A stretch of DNA of 64,000 nucleotides from an uncultured delta proteobacterium (GCA_963847445.1 CAWJZV010000026.1:90753-154752), one strand, 5' to 3'; shown: positions 1 to 10,372, counted from the first letter of the stretch. Notes: generated by a model not told the origin, from the sequence alone. Numbers and translations: made by a program.

Positions 1-2
1 CG

Positions 3-878
3 CAACGGCTCGAAGCCGCCGGCCCGGTCGCTGTCGAACTCCAGTAAATAGCGATCCATCTTGAGCGAGCCGAAGGCCTTCTCGGCGATCGGTTCGTAAC
101 CGCCCTCGGCGCCCCAGGCGCTGCGCTTGTTGCCGCGGCAAAAATGAATGCCGATGGCGACATCGCTGTTGCGCTTGATGCCGTCGATCATGGCGTTGTC
201 CGCCGCGATGGCGGCATCGAGCGCCTCGTCCAAATCGATGCCGCTCTGGGTCAACACGGCGCGCCGGCTCTGGTCGAAGAAGTTGGAATAGGACGGCGCG
301 TCCAATTGCACGTAGGATGCCCCCTCGTCGATCAGTGCCTGCACTTCTTGGCGCATGATCGCCGCGACATCCTGCAGCATGTCATGCACCGTCGGATAGA
401 ACTTATCCGACACCCCTGGCCGATAGCGCATGATCGCATGCTGCATCGCCGCCGGCGTGCAGACTTTGAACGGCCCGGGCGCATGTTGTTTCAAGAATGG
501 CGCCTCGTTGGGCGTGAAACGGCCTTTTCTCGTCAGCTTGGCGCCGACGATGTATTGGAGATTGCCTTCTTTCGATTCGGCGGCTAACTCTTTACCTCTG
601 CCGCGCCATTCGAACTTGACTACAGGTTTGCCAGGCACCAGCCCATCCATCGCCTTGGTGATATCCGCGGTAAAAATATCCCGGCGATACTCGCCGTCGG
701 TAAAGACATCGACGCCGGTAGCTTTCTGCATCGCCAACGCCTGGAGGATCGAACGGTCCTCGATCTCGCGCACCTGCCGCTCATCCATCCGCCCGTCGCG
801 CAGCGCCGCCCGCGCTTCAAGCAACTCCGCCGGCCGCAACAGACTGCCGATATTATCCGCCCGAAATGGTATCGCCAT
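3..878 (-). CDS. Cobalamin-independent methionine synthase II family (single-barrel MetE-like Zn enzyme), 3' end outside window
   Basis: Manual translation from ATG at 878: MAIPFRADNIGSLLRPAELLEA..., with TDGEYRR, VQLDAP and GIHFCRGN motifs. Close paralog of 3453..4580. Absent from the ORF track because it runs off the edge. Confidence 0.85.
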   Translation of the reverse strand, partial: MAIPFRADNIGSLLRPAELLEARAALRDGRMDERQVREIEDRSILQALAMQKATGVDVFTDGEYRRDIFTADITKAMDGLVPGKPVVKFEWRGRGKELAAESKEGNLQYIVGAKLTRKGRFTPNEAPFLKQHAPGPFKVCTPAAMQHAIMRYRPGVSDKFYPTVHDMLQDVAAIMRQEVQALIDEGASYVQLDAPSYSNFFDQSRRAVLTQSGIDLDEALDAAIAADNAMIDGIKRNSDVAIGIHFCRGNKRSAWGAEGGYEPIAEKAFGSLKMDRYLLEFDSDRAGGFEPL

Positions 879-898
879 GACTTAGACTCCCTTCCGAG

Positions 899-1005
899 GT
901 TGAACTGTTGATCGAAACCGCATCGTTCAACAGTTCGAAGGTTCAACCGTTCAACGTCCGAATCCGCAACCAACCTTGAACTTTTGAACCGTTGAACCTT
1001 GAACG
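899..1005. repeat. Inverted-arm element of tandem GTTCAA/TTGAAC 7-8-mers
   Basis: gttcaacagttcgaaggttcaaccgttcaacg ... ccttgaacttttgaaccgttgaaccttgaacg. Confidence 0.8.
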
Positions 1006-1012
1006 AAATTAT

Positions 1013-2155
1013 CTATCCCCACACCTGCCGCGCCGTCTCGACGACCACTTCCAACTTTCTTTTCTGATCGTCTTCGCTGACCAGATTGCCGACCACGTCC
1101 GAGGCAAAACCGCATTGCGGGCTGATCGCCAATTGTTCGAGCGGCAGATACTTGGCCGCGGCGTCGATGCGGCGCTTGAGATCGTCGACGGTTTCGATCT
1201 CCGGAACCTTGGTGCTGACCAGTCCCAGCACCACGACCTTGCCTTTGGGCACGAAGCGCAGCGGCGCGAAGGTTCCCGACCGCGGACTGTCATATTCCAG
1301 CAAGAGCCGGTCATGGCGCAGCTCGGTGAAGAGCATCTCGGCGATGGCGTCGTAACTGCCCTCGCGGTGCCACATGCTGCGCTGGTTGCCGCGGCAGAGA
1401 TGAATGCCGAAGGTGACGTCGTCGAAGAGCCGCAAAATCTCGTTATCGGCATTGACCGAGCGCATGAGATTTTTCGCTGGATCTTCGCCGCGCGCCTTCA
1501 TCTCATCGAGGGACGGCGCGTCGACATAGGCGGTGTAGCTGGGCGCGTCGATTTGCACGTAACGGCAACCGGCGTCGACCAGGCCGCGAATCATTTCCCG
1601 TTCGATGCGCGCGACATCGGCGATGAAGTCCTCGATGCTCCAGTAAATCGATTTTGAGTTCTGATAATCGAAACGCTGGGAGATCCGGTCCGGGCCGACC
1701 AGCGTCACCTTGGCCGGCCGCTGGGCAACACTGCTGACAAACCTATATTCTTCCAATGGCAAATTCCGCTGTAAACGAAGCTTTTGCGACACCGGCCGGC
1801 GCTGCAAGATCGCCGCCCCGTCGGCGACATGGTAGGGATCCCAGCGCTGCAGCGGCTTACCCTCGCGCGACAGACTTTCGACAAACGACAGATCCGCCGG
1901 GCGGGCATCGAATCCGCTCACCGATGCGGCAAAGCTGTCCTGGAAATTGAGCCGGCGGAACTCGCCGTCGGTGACGACCTCCAGTCCGATCGCCTCCTGC
2001 AGCCGCACCGCATGGCCGATCGCTTCGTCCTCGATTCGGCGCAATTCCTCGGCGGTGATTTTTCCCGCATCTTGATCTGCGTAGGCCTGTTTGAGATGGC
2101 TGGGACGAAGTAAACTGCCGACCACGTCGGTCCTGATCTGCGCTAATGGTTTCAT
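1013..2155 (-). CDS. Cobalamin-independent methionine synthase II family protein
   Basis: 380 aa; VGSLLRP, TDGEFRR, QIDAP, Zn ligands in HLCRGN and SPQCGF. Confidence 0.9.
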   Translation of the reverse strand: MKPLAQIRTDVVGSLLRPSHLKQAYADQDAGKITAEELRRIEDEAIGHAVRLQEAIGLEVVTDGEFRRLNFQDSFAASVSGFDARPADLSFVESLSREGKPLQRWDPYHVADGAAILQRRPVSQKLRLQRNLPLEEYRFVSSVAQRPAKVTLVGPDRISQRFDYQNSKSIYWSIEDFIADVARIEREMIRGLVDAGCRYVQIDAPSYTAYVDAPSLDEMKARGEDPAKNLMRSVNADNEILRLFDDVTFGIHLCRGNQRSMWHREGSYDAIAEMLFTELRHDRLLLEYDSPRSGTFAPLRFVPKGKVVVLGLVSTKVPEIETVDDLKRRIDAAAKYLPLEQLAISPQCGFASDVVGNLVSEDDQKRKLEVVVETARQVWG

Positions 2156-2236
2156 CGTGATTTTCCCATAAGGTTTTTTCTCTTCGACTGAAAGGGATTT
2201 ATCTTAATGTTCTTCCCGGTTTCCGGTGAAAAAGTG

Positions 2237-2323
2237 TTCACCGCAGAGGCACAGAGATCGCCGAGTTCAGAGAATTTCTCAATCAAGAATTCTTTACTCC
2301 ACGTCCTCCGCGCCTCTGTGGTG
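2237..2323. repeat. Palindromic element (CACCGCAGAGGCACAGAG ... CTCCGCGCCTCTGTGGTG)
   Basis: Inverted arms made of ~9-nt units; same architecture as 13101..13184. Confidence 0.7.
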
Positions 2324-2351
2324 CAATTTCCGACCTTCAGATCTTAAGACC

Positions 2352-3334
2352 CTATTTCGAAAAGCCAAGCTCCCGGCGCGCCTTTTCCAAGAAACTATAA
2401 TCGACCACCTCGGCGACCTTGATCGGCCGGGTTACCTTGGCGCTCTCGCGCGCCAGGTCGACGAGCAGCTGCACCGATTCGTTCGAGATCGTCCCGTCCT
2501 TGGCCAGCACCCGGCTGACATCGTTAAAAATCGCCTCCGCCATCTTACGGTCGCCAAGCTTCCAGCGCTTCTGCACCAGATCGACGATCTCCCCATGCCG
2601 GCTCTTGTCTAGCAAATACTGTAGTGCGCGCAACTCGGCCCGCACCATGCGGTAGACCTCGTCGGGATTTTCCTTGATTCGCTTCTCGGTGGCGCCGAAG
2701 CCGGCTTGAGCGAACTCGACGACATCGCCAAGAAAGAGCAACTCGTTAAATCCCTTGTCACGCGCGAAAATGTTTTCCGGCACCGACAGCAACGAAGCAT
2801 CAACCGCGCCCGATTCCAGCACCGCTAAACGCCCCGCCGCCGTGCCGCCCATGGGAAGGATCGTAACGTCCCGTCCCGGTTCGAGACCGACATGGCGCAA
2901 CGCTTGCACGGCGAGCAGCGTCGCCGAAGCGCCGGGCGTGCTGCCAGCGACTTTTTTGCCCTTGAGATCGCGCGGCTCGCGGATATCCTTCCGGCTCACC
3001 AGAAACATCAGCGGCCGCGACACCGTAAACACCAAGACTTTCATCGGCCGCCCTTGCACCGCGGCGCTGATCACCCCGGTCGCCGCGCCGTTATAATCGA
3101 GGTCGCCGGTCATCAGCGCCGTACTCGCCAGCGTCGCCGGCATGTGAATCAGCTCGACATCGAACCCTTCATCGCGAAAGAACCCCTTGTCATGGGCGGC
3201 GAAGGTCGGCAGCAGCGTCACCGTCGTCGACGACAGCGACAATCGAATCTTCTTTCGGCTGGTCTGCGCATCGGCGCCATCGCTGCCAATCCCAACACGT
3301 GAACAGACAGCAGCACCGCGATTGTAATCTTCAT
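2352..3334 (-). CDS. SsuA/NMT1(THI5)-type ABC substrate-binding protein, apparent frameshift in the signal peptide
   Basis: ORF 2352..3242 has KGFFRDEGFDVELI and DLKGKKV motifs. A signal-peptide start MKITIAVLL (ATG at 3334) lies in another frame. Confidence 0.85.
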
Positions 3335-3367
3335 TGGCAGTCCACCTTTCGGATCTCCGAACAACTC

Positions 3368-3445
3368 TTGAACGCCGAACGATTTGACGGTTGAACCTCT
3401 TGAGCCGCTAAAACCTTGAACTTTGAACGCTTGAACCTTTGAACG
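3368..3445. repeat. Tandem TTGAAC-type 7-8-mer array
   Basis: ttgaacctcttgagccgctaaaaccttgaactttgaacgcttgaacctttgaacg, directly after the MetE-II stop. Confidence 0.75.
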
Positions 3446-3452
3446 AATTAAT

Positions 3453-4580
3453 CTATCCCCACACCCGCCGCGCGACCCTCGCGACCAATTCCAACTTGCG
3501 CCGCATATCGTCCCAGGTGATCAAATTCCCCAACAGCGTCGATGCGAAGCCGCACTGGGTGCTGAGAGCAAGGTTTTCCAACGGCACGTACTTACTCGCC
3601 TCGTCGATGCGGCGGCACAAGATCTCTTCCGGCTCCAGCCGCGCTTCCTTGGTGGTGATCAGACCCAGCACGACGGTTATTCCTTTGGGGACGAAGCGCA
3701 GCGGTTCGAAACCGCCGGCGCGCTCGCTATCGTATTCCATCAGAAAGCGGTCGGCATGGAGCCCGCCGAAAGTTTTTTCGGCGATGACTTCGTAGCTGCC
3801 TTCAGCGCTCCAGGCGCTGCGATTGTTGCCACGGCAAAAGTGAATGCCGATGACCGCGCCTGGTGTTCGCGTCAAACCGCCGATAAGCGCGTTGTCGCCG
3901 GCGATCACGTCGTCCAAGATTTCGTCCGGGTCCGCGCCCATGGCGCGCAACTGCTGGCGCCGTCCCTCGTCCATCAGATGGGTCAAATAGGATGGCCCGT
4001 CGAGCTGGACATACGACGTTCCGGCGTCGAAGAGTCCCTGCACTTCTTCGCGCAACAGCGCGGCGAACTCATGGACCATGTCGCGCCGAGTTGGATACAC
4101 TTTGTCGGTGACGCCGGCCTTGTACTTGCTGTCGGCGAACTGGACCACGCTCGGCACGCAAACTTTGAACGGCCCGGGCGCCTGCTGTTTTAAGAACGCC
4201 GCTTCGGCGGCGAAGATGCCCTGGGATTTCCGGCGCAGCTTGGCGCCCACCACCGACTCGCCGTCGGGACGGCGGAAACCGCTCGCTAACTCGCCGTTGG
4301 GCCCGCGCCAGATCGGCGCCATGATCGATTCGCTCGGCACCAAGCCATCCAGCGCGCTGGTAAAATCGGCCATGAAGTTGCCGCGCCGATACTCGCCGTC
4401 GGTGACAACGTCGACACCGGCTGACTTCTGTAGCTCCAGCGCATGCACAATCGCGCGATCCTCGATCTCCCGCAATTGCTCAGTCGATAGCCGCTTTTCC
4501 CGATGGGCGGTGCGGGCGTCGATGAGTTCCGCCGGCCGCAGCAAACTACCGAGATTATCAGCGCGAAAAGAGCTTGCCAT
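3453..4580 (-). CDS. Cobalamin-independent methionine synthase II family protein
   Basis: 375 aa; LGSLLRP, TDGEYRR, HFCRGN, STQCGF. Confidence 0.9.
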   Translation of the reverse strand: MASSFRADNLGSLLRPAELIDARTAHREKRLSTEQLREIEDRAIVHALELQKSAGVDVVTDGEYRRGNFMADFTSALDGLVPSESIMAPIWRGPNGELASGFRRPDGESVVGAKLRRKSQGIFAAEAAFLKQQAPGPFKVCVPSVVQFADSKYKAGVTDKVYPTRRDMVHEFAALLREEVQGLFDAGTSYVQLDGPSYLTHLMDEGRRQQLRAMGADPDEILDDVIAGDNALIGGLTRTPGAVIGIHFCRGNNRSAWSAEGSYEVIAEKTFGGLHADRFLMEYDSERAGGFEPLRFVPKGITVVLGLITTKEARLEPEEILCRRIDEASKYVPLENLALSTQCGFASTLLGNLITWDDMRRKLELVARVARRVWG

Positions 4581-4603
4581 TTTTTTTGTCCGGTTCTTTC
4601 TCT

Positions 4604-4646
4604 TTGACGTTTTGAACGGCTTGAACCACTTGAACGCTTTGAACCT
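4604..4646. repeat. Tandem TTGAAC-type array
   Basis: ttttgaacggcttgaaccacttgaacgctttgaacc. Confidence 0.75.
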
Positions 4647-5669
4647 TTAACCCTTAATTCCCAATTCCTTATTCACCGCCCGCTGCAAGGTAAAGTCGAA
4701 TATCCGCGCCGCCGGCACTGTCTCGGTCAACTTTAGCGCCAACGCCTCCTCGGCGAGAAACTCCTTGATCTCGTCGTCGGTGGGAATCCCCGTCGGCGTA
4801 AACGCCGGCTTACAGCGGCGGTACCATTCGGTGGCCGTCGCCAGATCGACTTTCCATACCCGCGCGAGGATTTCCGCGGTTTCTTTCTCGTTGTCGTGGA
4901 AGAAGCGCGCCGACTTGGCCTTAACGCGCAACAGCCGGCGCAGCCAATCGGGCGACTCCTGGACGTACCTGGTTTGCACCCCAATGCCTTGCTGGATGCT
5001 GGCAAATTTGTCGATGGAACTTTCCAGGACGTTCATCTTGAACTTGTCGCGGGCGAGAAACACATAGGGTGGGGTCAATCCGGCGACCTGGATCGAATTG
5101 CTTATCATGGCTTGCAGCTGGGTTGCCTCATCGCCTACTTGAGAAAAGGTCAGCTCTTTGTCCGAGTCGACGCCATGGATCGCGAGCATTTTTCGTGCTG
5201 CGGAATGTTGGCTGCCGTTGATGGTCGCAATGCCGAGCGCCTTGCCTTTCAATTCTTTGGCATTGCGGAACTCCGGACGCGACACTAACCAGAAAATCGG
5301 CCGGCGCAGATCGACGGCGACGACGCGCAAGGGCACGCCGCGCATGATACCGCGCACCGCGCTGCCCACTGAACCGAGGGCGTCGAGATCGCCGGCGACG
5401 CCGGCGGCGATCGCCGCGTTGGCGCTCATGCGGATCAATTGCGGATCGAAGCCTTCCTCGCGAAAGAAGCCTTTCTCCCGCGCGATGAAAAGTTGGATCG
5501 ACGGCATGCCGGTGCTCGACATGCTGACGGTGATTTTCTGCGGCGCAGTCTGGGCGCCGGCATCGATCGCGAAAAACAATAGGCAACAAATTGCCGACCT
5601 GAGGATCAATCCGGGCTCTGCAAACCAATTCCTCAGCCGATCCAAAACAGTGTCGAAGCAAAATCGCAT
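4647..5669 (-). CDS. SsuA/NMT1-type ABC substrate-binding protein
   Basis: 340 aa; hydrophobic signal ending AGA-Q, KGFFREEGFDPQLI, ELKGKALGI. Confidence 0.88.
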   Translation of the reverse strand: MRFCFDTVLDRLRNWFAEPGLILRSAICCLLFFAIDAGAQTAPQKITVSMSSTGMPSIQLFIAREKGFFREEGFDPQLIRMSANAAIAAGVAGDLDALGSVGSAVRGIMRGVPLRVVAVDLRRPIFWLVSRPEFRNAKELKGKALGIATINGSQHSAARKMLAIHGVDSDKELTFSQVGDEATQLQAMISNSIQVAGLTPPYVFLARDKFKMNVLESSIDKFASIQQGIGVQTRYVQESPDWLRRLLRVKAKSARFFHDNEKETAEILARVWKVDLATATEWYRRCKPAFTPTGIPTDDEIKEFLAEEALALKLTETVPAARIFDFTLQRAVNKELGIKG

Positions 5670-5772
5670 AGAGAAATTTCCCCTTCGTCATTTGGGTGGT
5701 GTTGATTTGAATACCTGCAAACTCTAGTCTGCTCCGTTTTAACTTAGCGCAAGTGTCGATTCGGCAAACCGG

Positions 5773-5982
5773 TTAGCGCAAAACCGAGGAAACCTCGGCC
5801 AACTCCGTCGAAAGTTCTTTCGCTGCCTGCACCAGCGCGGCCGCCACCGGCGCCTCTTGCTCCGGCGCGGTGCCGCCGACCCATAAAACGCCGCACACGC
5901 TGCCGGCGCGATCTGCGAGTGTTGCTCCCTGGGTGCGCTTGGCCCGGCTGAGCAACAGTTGCAAAGTCAATTTGGCGAGCAC
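5773..5982 (-). pseudogene. Probable C-terminal remnant of an IclR-family effector domain
   Basis: ATLADRAGSVCGVLWVGG...LVQAAKELSTEL resembles the IclR C-terminal pattern (APxxDxxGxVxAxLSxxG...LxxAAxEISxxL). No HTH upstream. Confidence 0.35.
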
Positions 5983-6195
5983 GGCTATCGGCTTGGCTGT
6001 TCAGACGTTCACCTCTGAAGCGATTACTGAATTGGCAGTCAATTTCTGCGCTCGCCGGCACTGGCATTGAGCGCAGCCTTTTTACTAACCGCGACATTTG
6101 GCTGGAGACTATGCATGTCAAATCATCCTGTCAACTGGAGTTTGGTCTGGAAATCTGGTTGACGTAGACTGCTTATTTGCCTATCTTCCGACCAG

Positions 6196-7231
6196 ATGAA
6201 AAGTTATCGATCACTGGTTTGGACCACGTTGTGCTTTTCGATTGCGACTGGATTCATTTGCGCGACCGATCGCGCATGGTGCCAGCGCGGTTCCGGACAA
6301 AGTGCGAGCCGCTTATTCCTCGCCGAGCCCGACACAAGGCGTGCTCTGGGTGGCGCAGATGGGCGGACTGTTTCTGCGCAACGGCCTCAGCGTTGAAATC
6401 ATCTTCACCCGCGCCGCGATCGAAACATTGGTCGCCGGCGAAGTCGAATTCGGTCAAATGACCGGCGCACTGATGTCCTCAGCCAAGCTGCAAGGAGCCG
6501 ATCCCGTCATGATCGCCGGCATCCAGGATCAGTTGGACGATCGGCTGGTCGCTCGCCCTACGATCAAATCGATGGAAGACCTAAAGGGAAAACGCATCGG
6601 CATTTTTCGCTTTGGCTCCGCCTCGCATTTGCGCGTGCTGAATATTTTGCCGCGCTACGGTTTGAGCGAGCGGGACGTGGCGTTTTTGCAGATCGGCGAC
6701 AATCCGGCGCGTCTCATCGCCTTGCTGGGCGGCGCCATCGACGCGACGCTCTTACCGCCGCCGGACCATCTGGAAGCGCTGCGTGGAGATATGAAGCTCT
6801 TGCTCAACCTGCGCGAACTGAACGTGCCGTACCAAGGCACCGGTCTGGTCACCACCCAGCGTTTACTGGCCAAGCGCCGCGATCTTGCCCGGCGGTTCAT
6901 AAAGTCATACGTCGAAGCGATCCATCTGGTAAAAACCAATCCGGAAGTGTCGAAACGCGCTTTTTCCAAGTACCGGCAAACCAAGGATGAAAAACAATTG
7001 GAAGACGCCTATTTGACACTGCGCGAAGTCGTAAAGCCAAAGCCCTACCCATCTTTGGAGGGATTCAACACCATCATCAAGGACGCCATCGAGAGAATTC
7101 CAGCGGCAAAGACCGCCAATGCCAAAGACTTCATCGACCCGAGCTTGCTCGAAGAGTTGGATCGTTCAGGGTATATTGATCCCCAGCTCGCGCAGCACTT
7201 CACGCTGAATCGTAAAATCAACGATCCTTGA
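6196..7231 (+). CDS. SsuA/NMT1-type ABC substrate-binding protein (N-terminal frameshift, aberrant C-terminus)
   Basis: Start MKSYRSLVWTTLCF at 6196 joins ORF 6242..7231 (DLKGKRIGI, KPYPSLEG, LEELDRSGYID). Confidence 0.85.
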
Positions 7232-8151
7232 CGGCGCCGCCGGCTCAGGCAGATTGAGGATCTTGGGCGTCGCTCACGAGATGCTCCTTGACCTCATCGT
7301 CGGTGGGAATGCCGGTGTTGGTAAATGCCGGCTTGGAAGCGCGGTAGGATTCCACGGCCGTCTTGAAATCGACTTTGTAAAGCCGCGCCAGGTATTCGCT
7401 TCCTTCGCGCTCGTTCTCCAGATAGAAACGGTTTCCCTTGGCTCGCGCGCGTAAAATCTTTTTCACCAGGTCGGGCTTTTCTTGCAAGAGCTTAAGCGAA
7501 ACAACCAGGCCACTGTCGATGCCGGCGAAACGTTCGAGCGCGCTATCGAGAATATTCATCTTGAACTTGTCGCGCGCGACAGCAACCCAGGGCGGACTGA
7601 GCGCGGTGATCTGCACCGAGTTGTTAATCAGGGCCTGCAACTGCATGGTCTGATCGTTGATTTGAATTGAAGTGATATCCTTCTCCGCATCCAAACCGCC
7701 CGCCGCCAACATGCCTTTTGCCCGGCAGATGTTGGCTGCCGCCGATCGTCGATATGCCAAGCACCTTGCCCTTTAACTCTTTAACTGCGCGGTACTCAGG
7801 CCGGACCACGAGCCAAAACAGTGGGCGGCGCAGGGTCACGACTACGACCCGCAGGGACGCGCCCCGCTGGATGGCCCGAATCGCGCTACCGATAGCCGCT
7901 TGGCCTTCGAGTTCGCCGGCGATGCTCGCGGTGATTGCGAGATTGGAGCTCATCTGGATGAGCTGCGGCTCCAAACCTTCTTCGCGAAAGTAACCCTTCT
8001 CTTTGCCAAGGAAGAGATCGACGTAATTGACGCCGGTACTGGAGTAGGCGATGGCGACACGTTGCAAAGGCGCTTGCGCCCACAGGTCCGTGCGATTTGC
8101 CGAAGTGACAATCAACAGGGATAGGAAAATTGCCGCAAAACTCGCTCCCAT
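7166..8151 (-). CDS. SsuA/NMT1-type ABC substrate-binding protein (two apparent frameshifts near 7722 and 7262); paralog of 4647..5669
   Basis: ORFs 7624..8292 and 7245..7760 plus a third frame ...PSRIVDFTIQREVLRELGINIP*. Shares LRRPxFWLVxRPE, RDKFKMNxL and KPAFTxTGIPTDDE with 4647..5669. Confidence 0.82.
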
Positions 8152-8402
8152 AATCTGACTCCAAGCGTGGACACGCCAACTAGCTCTACTCCAATTAGCT
8201 GCAAATTGTCCAACCAAAATTTCACGCACCGCGCACTTGGCAGAGGACGGCGATTTGGCTAGTATCGGCTGCGAGGCAACCGCAATAACCATGCAAAACC
8301 GTTATATCTCCGGCGGGCGCCGGCAGCGCTGAACAGCGCTTCAACAACTCGTCAATCGAACGGCTCGAGCGCGAGCGATTCGTTGAAAGACTAAGCTCAA
8401 CC

Positions 8403-9377
8403 ATGAAAAGATCACTTGTCATCTCGCTTCTGATCGTCGTTGCCATGCTGGCCGTTGTCAGCGCCAATCATGCGGCGTCGTTAAAATCGGTCAACTTCGC
8501 GTCGAACACACCGACCTTGAGCGGCACGTTGCCGCTGGTCGTCGCCCAGGAGTTTGGTTTCTTCGCCGCCGAAGGTTTGGATGTAAAAACCGTCCTGATT
8601 CGCGGCGGGCCGACGGCGATGGCGGCTCTGGTTGGCGGCGGCGTCGATTACACGCTGGTGGCCGGCGTGGCAGCGGTGCGGGCGATCGCGCAAAACGCGC
8701 CGATGACGATCATCAGCGGCATGCAACCTTACATGGACTACACGTTGCTCGGAGCCAAGGGCATCGCCGGCGTCAACGACCTCAAGGGCAAAGTCGTCGG
8801 CGTCACCGGTCCGGGCGGCATCGCCGAGTTCGCCACGGTCGAAGGGCTGGCCAAAAAAGGCTTGGTGCGCGACCGCGATTATAAAATCCTTTACGGCGTC
8901 GGCAACAGTCCGGCGCGCGCCCAAGCTTTAGAAACCGGCAAGATCCAGGCGTCGCCATTTTCTTTCTTAGAAAGATTGGAACTGGAAAGGAAAGGCTATC
9001 CCACTCTTTTCGATATCGGCAGCGTCATGCCGGGATTTCCTTTCGTGGTGATAGTTACCAGTAAACAAAAAATCGAGACCGATCCTGAAGGAATCGTTTC
9101 GATGCTGCGGGCGATCAAGCGCGGCTTGGACTTCCTCGCCGGCAACCATGAAAAAGTCGCCGCCGTGGTGATCAAGAAGAGTCACTTTGGCGACCCGGCC
9201 ACGGTGCGCAAAGTCATCGCGCAGTTTGCCGAGGTCTATTCGGTGGCAATTACCAAAGAAGACATCGAAGCGCTGATCGCCGCCACGCGTATCGAAGCGG
9301 AAGCGAAAAAGCTCGGCGGCTCGGAGAAATTCTTTACCCGGCAATTTCTCACCAAGGCCCTCGGCCAAGCCCGTTGA
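8403..9377 (+). CDS. SsuA/NMT1-type ABC substrate-binding protein
   Basis: 324 aa; signal peptide, GFFAAEGLDVK, DLKGKVVGV. Confidence 0.9.
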   Translation: MKRSLVISLLIVVAMLAVVSANHAASLKSVNFASNTPTLSGTLPLVVAQEFGFFAAEGLDVKTVLIRGGPTAMAALVGGGVDYTLVAGVAAVRAIAQNAPMTIISGMQPYMDYTLLGAKGIAGVNDLKGKVVGVTGPGGIAEFATVEGLAKKGLVRDRDYKILYGVGNSPARAQALETGKIQASPFSFLERLELERKGYPTLFDIGSVMPGFPFVVIVTSKQKIETDPEGIVSMLRAIKRGLDFLAGNHEKVAAVVIKKSHFGDPATVRKVIAQFAEVYSVAITKEDIEALIAATRIEAEAKKLGGSEKFFTRQFLTKALGQAR

Positions 9378-9388
9378 AAGGAACTCTC

Positions 9389-10342
9389 ATGGCACAAAAC
9401 ATCGAACTGAGTCTTCTCCTCGCCGACTATCACCGCACGCGGCCCATATTGAACGGCGAGATCAAAGCACAGGGTGTTGAACTCACGCTGCACCGCGCCG
9501 AGACCGGCGTCGCCTGCATGCGGCCGGTCTACGAAGAATACGACATCGCCGAGATGTCTCTGTCTTGGTACGTAATGGCGCGCAGCCGCAACGAGCCGGT
9601 CGTCGCCCTGCCGATCTTTCCGTTGCGCATGCAGATCCACCCATATATTTTTTGCTCGCCGGCCTCCGGCATCGAACGCCCGGAGGACTTGAAGGGCAAA
9701 AAGATCGGCATGGACCAATACCGCTTGACCGTCGGCCTGTGGGCGCGCGGCATCCTGCAAGAACATTACGGCGTGCGGCCGGAAGATTGCCATTGGTTTA
9801 CCAACGAACCCGAGTCGCCGGACGCCGGCTTTCAACTGCCGGCGAATGTCGAGCTCACCTGCGCCCAGGAGTCCACCGAAGCGATGCTCTTGCGCGGCGA
9901 GCTCGACGCTTTGATCCCGCCCAACATAGTGCCGTCGTTTCGCAAACAAGACCCGCGCATTCGCCGCGTCTTCAAAGACATCCGCGCCACCGTCAATGAT
10001 TATTTTCATCACACCCGAATCTTCCCGATCACTCACACGCTGGTGGTGCGCGAGGAGCTGTTCGAAAAACAGCCTTGGCTGGTGGCCAGCCTGCTCGAAG
10101 CCTTCAACGAAGCCGAAGAACTTTGCCGCAAGTCCTACGCCTATGCCAAGCGCTCGGCATTTCCCTCGGCGGTGCTGATCTTGGAAGAAGAGGAAGAAGT
10201 TTTCGGCAAGAATCCCTGGCAGCACGGCTTAACGCCCGAGAACCAAGTGGTGCTGGAAAAATTCGTCCAATACGCCAACGAGCAGGGCTACATCCCGAAC
10301 CGGCCGGCGCTGAGCGAGTTGTTCGCGCCAATCGGAAACTAG
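9389..10342 (+). CDS. 4,5-dihydroxyphthalate decarboxylase-like protein (PhtD/Pht5 family)
   Basis: YHRTRPILNG, DIAEMSLSWY, ALPIFP, YRLTVGLWARGIL, IFPITHTLVVR, PWQHGL match the family pattern; no signal peptide. Confidence 0.8.
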   Translation: MAQNIELSLLLADYHRTRPILNGEIKAQGVELTLHRAETGVACMRPVYEEYDIAEMSLSWYVMARSRNEPVVALPIFPLRMQIHPYIFCSPASGIERPEDLKGKKIGMDQYRLTVGLWARGILQEHYGVRPEDCHWFTNEPESPDAGFQLPANVELTCAQESTEAMLLRGELDALIPPNIVPSFRKQDPRIRRVFKDIRATVNDYFHHTRIFPITHTLVVREELFEKQPWLVASLLEAFNEAEELCRKSYAYAKRSAFPSAVLILEEEEEVFGKNPWQHGLTPENQVVLEKFVQYANEQGYIPNRPALSELFAPIGN

Positions 10343-10372
10343 CGGCGAGGGAACCCAACACAGCACCACCCC

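Noticed and set aside
1013-4580. Calling these genes canonical metE
   Set aside because: They are ~375-380 aa single-barrel proteins lacking the N-terminal folate-binding half, so no symbol was assigned.
899-4646. Recurrent TTGAAC repeats as a CRISPR array
   Set aside because: The units are 7-8 nt with no unique spacers of regular length, and no cas genes are present.
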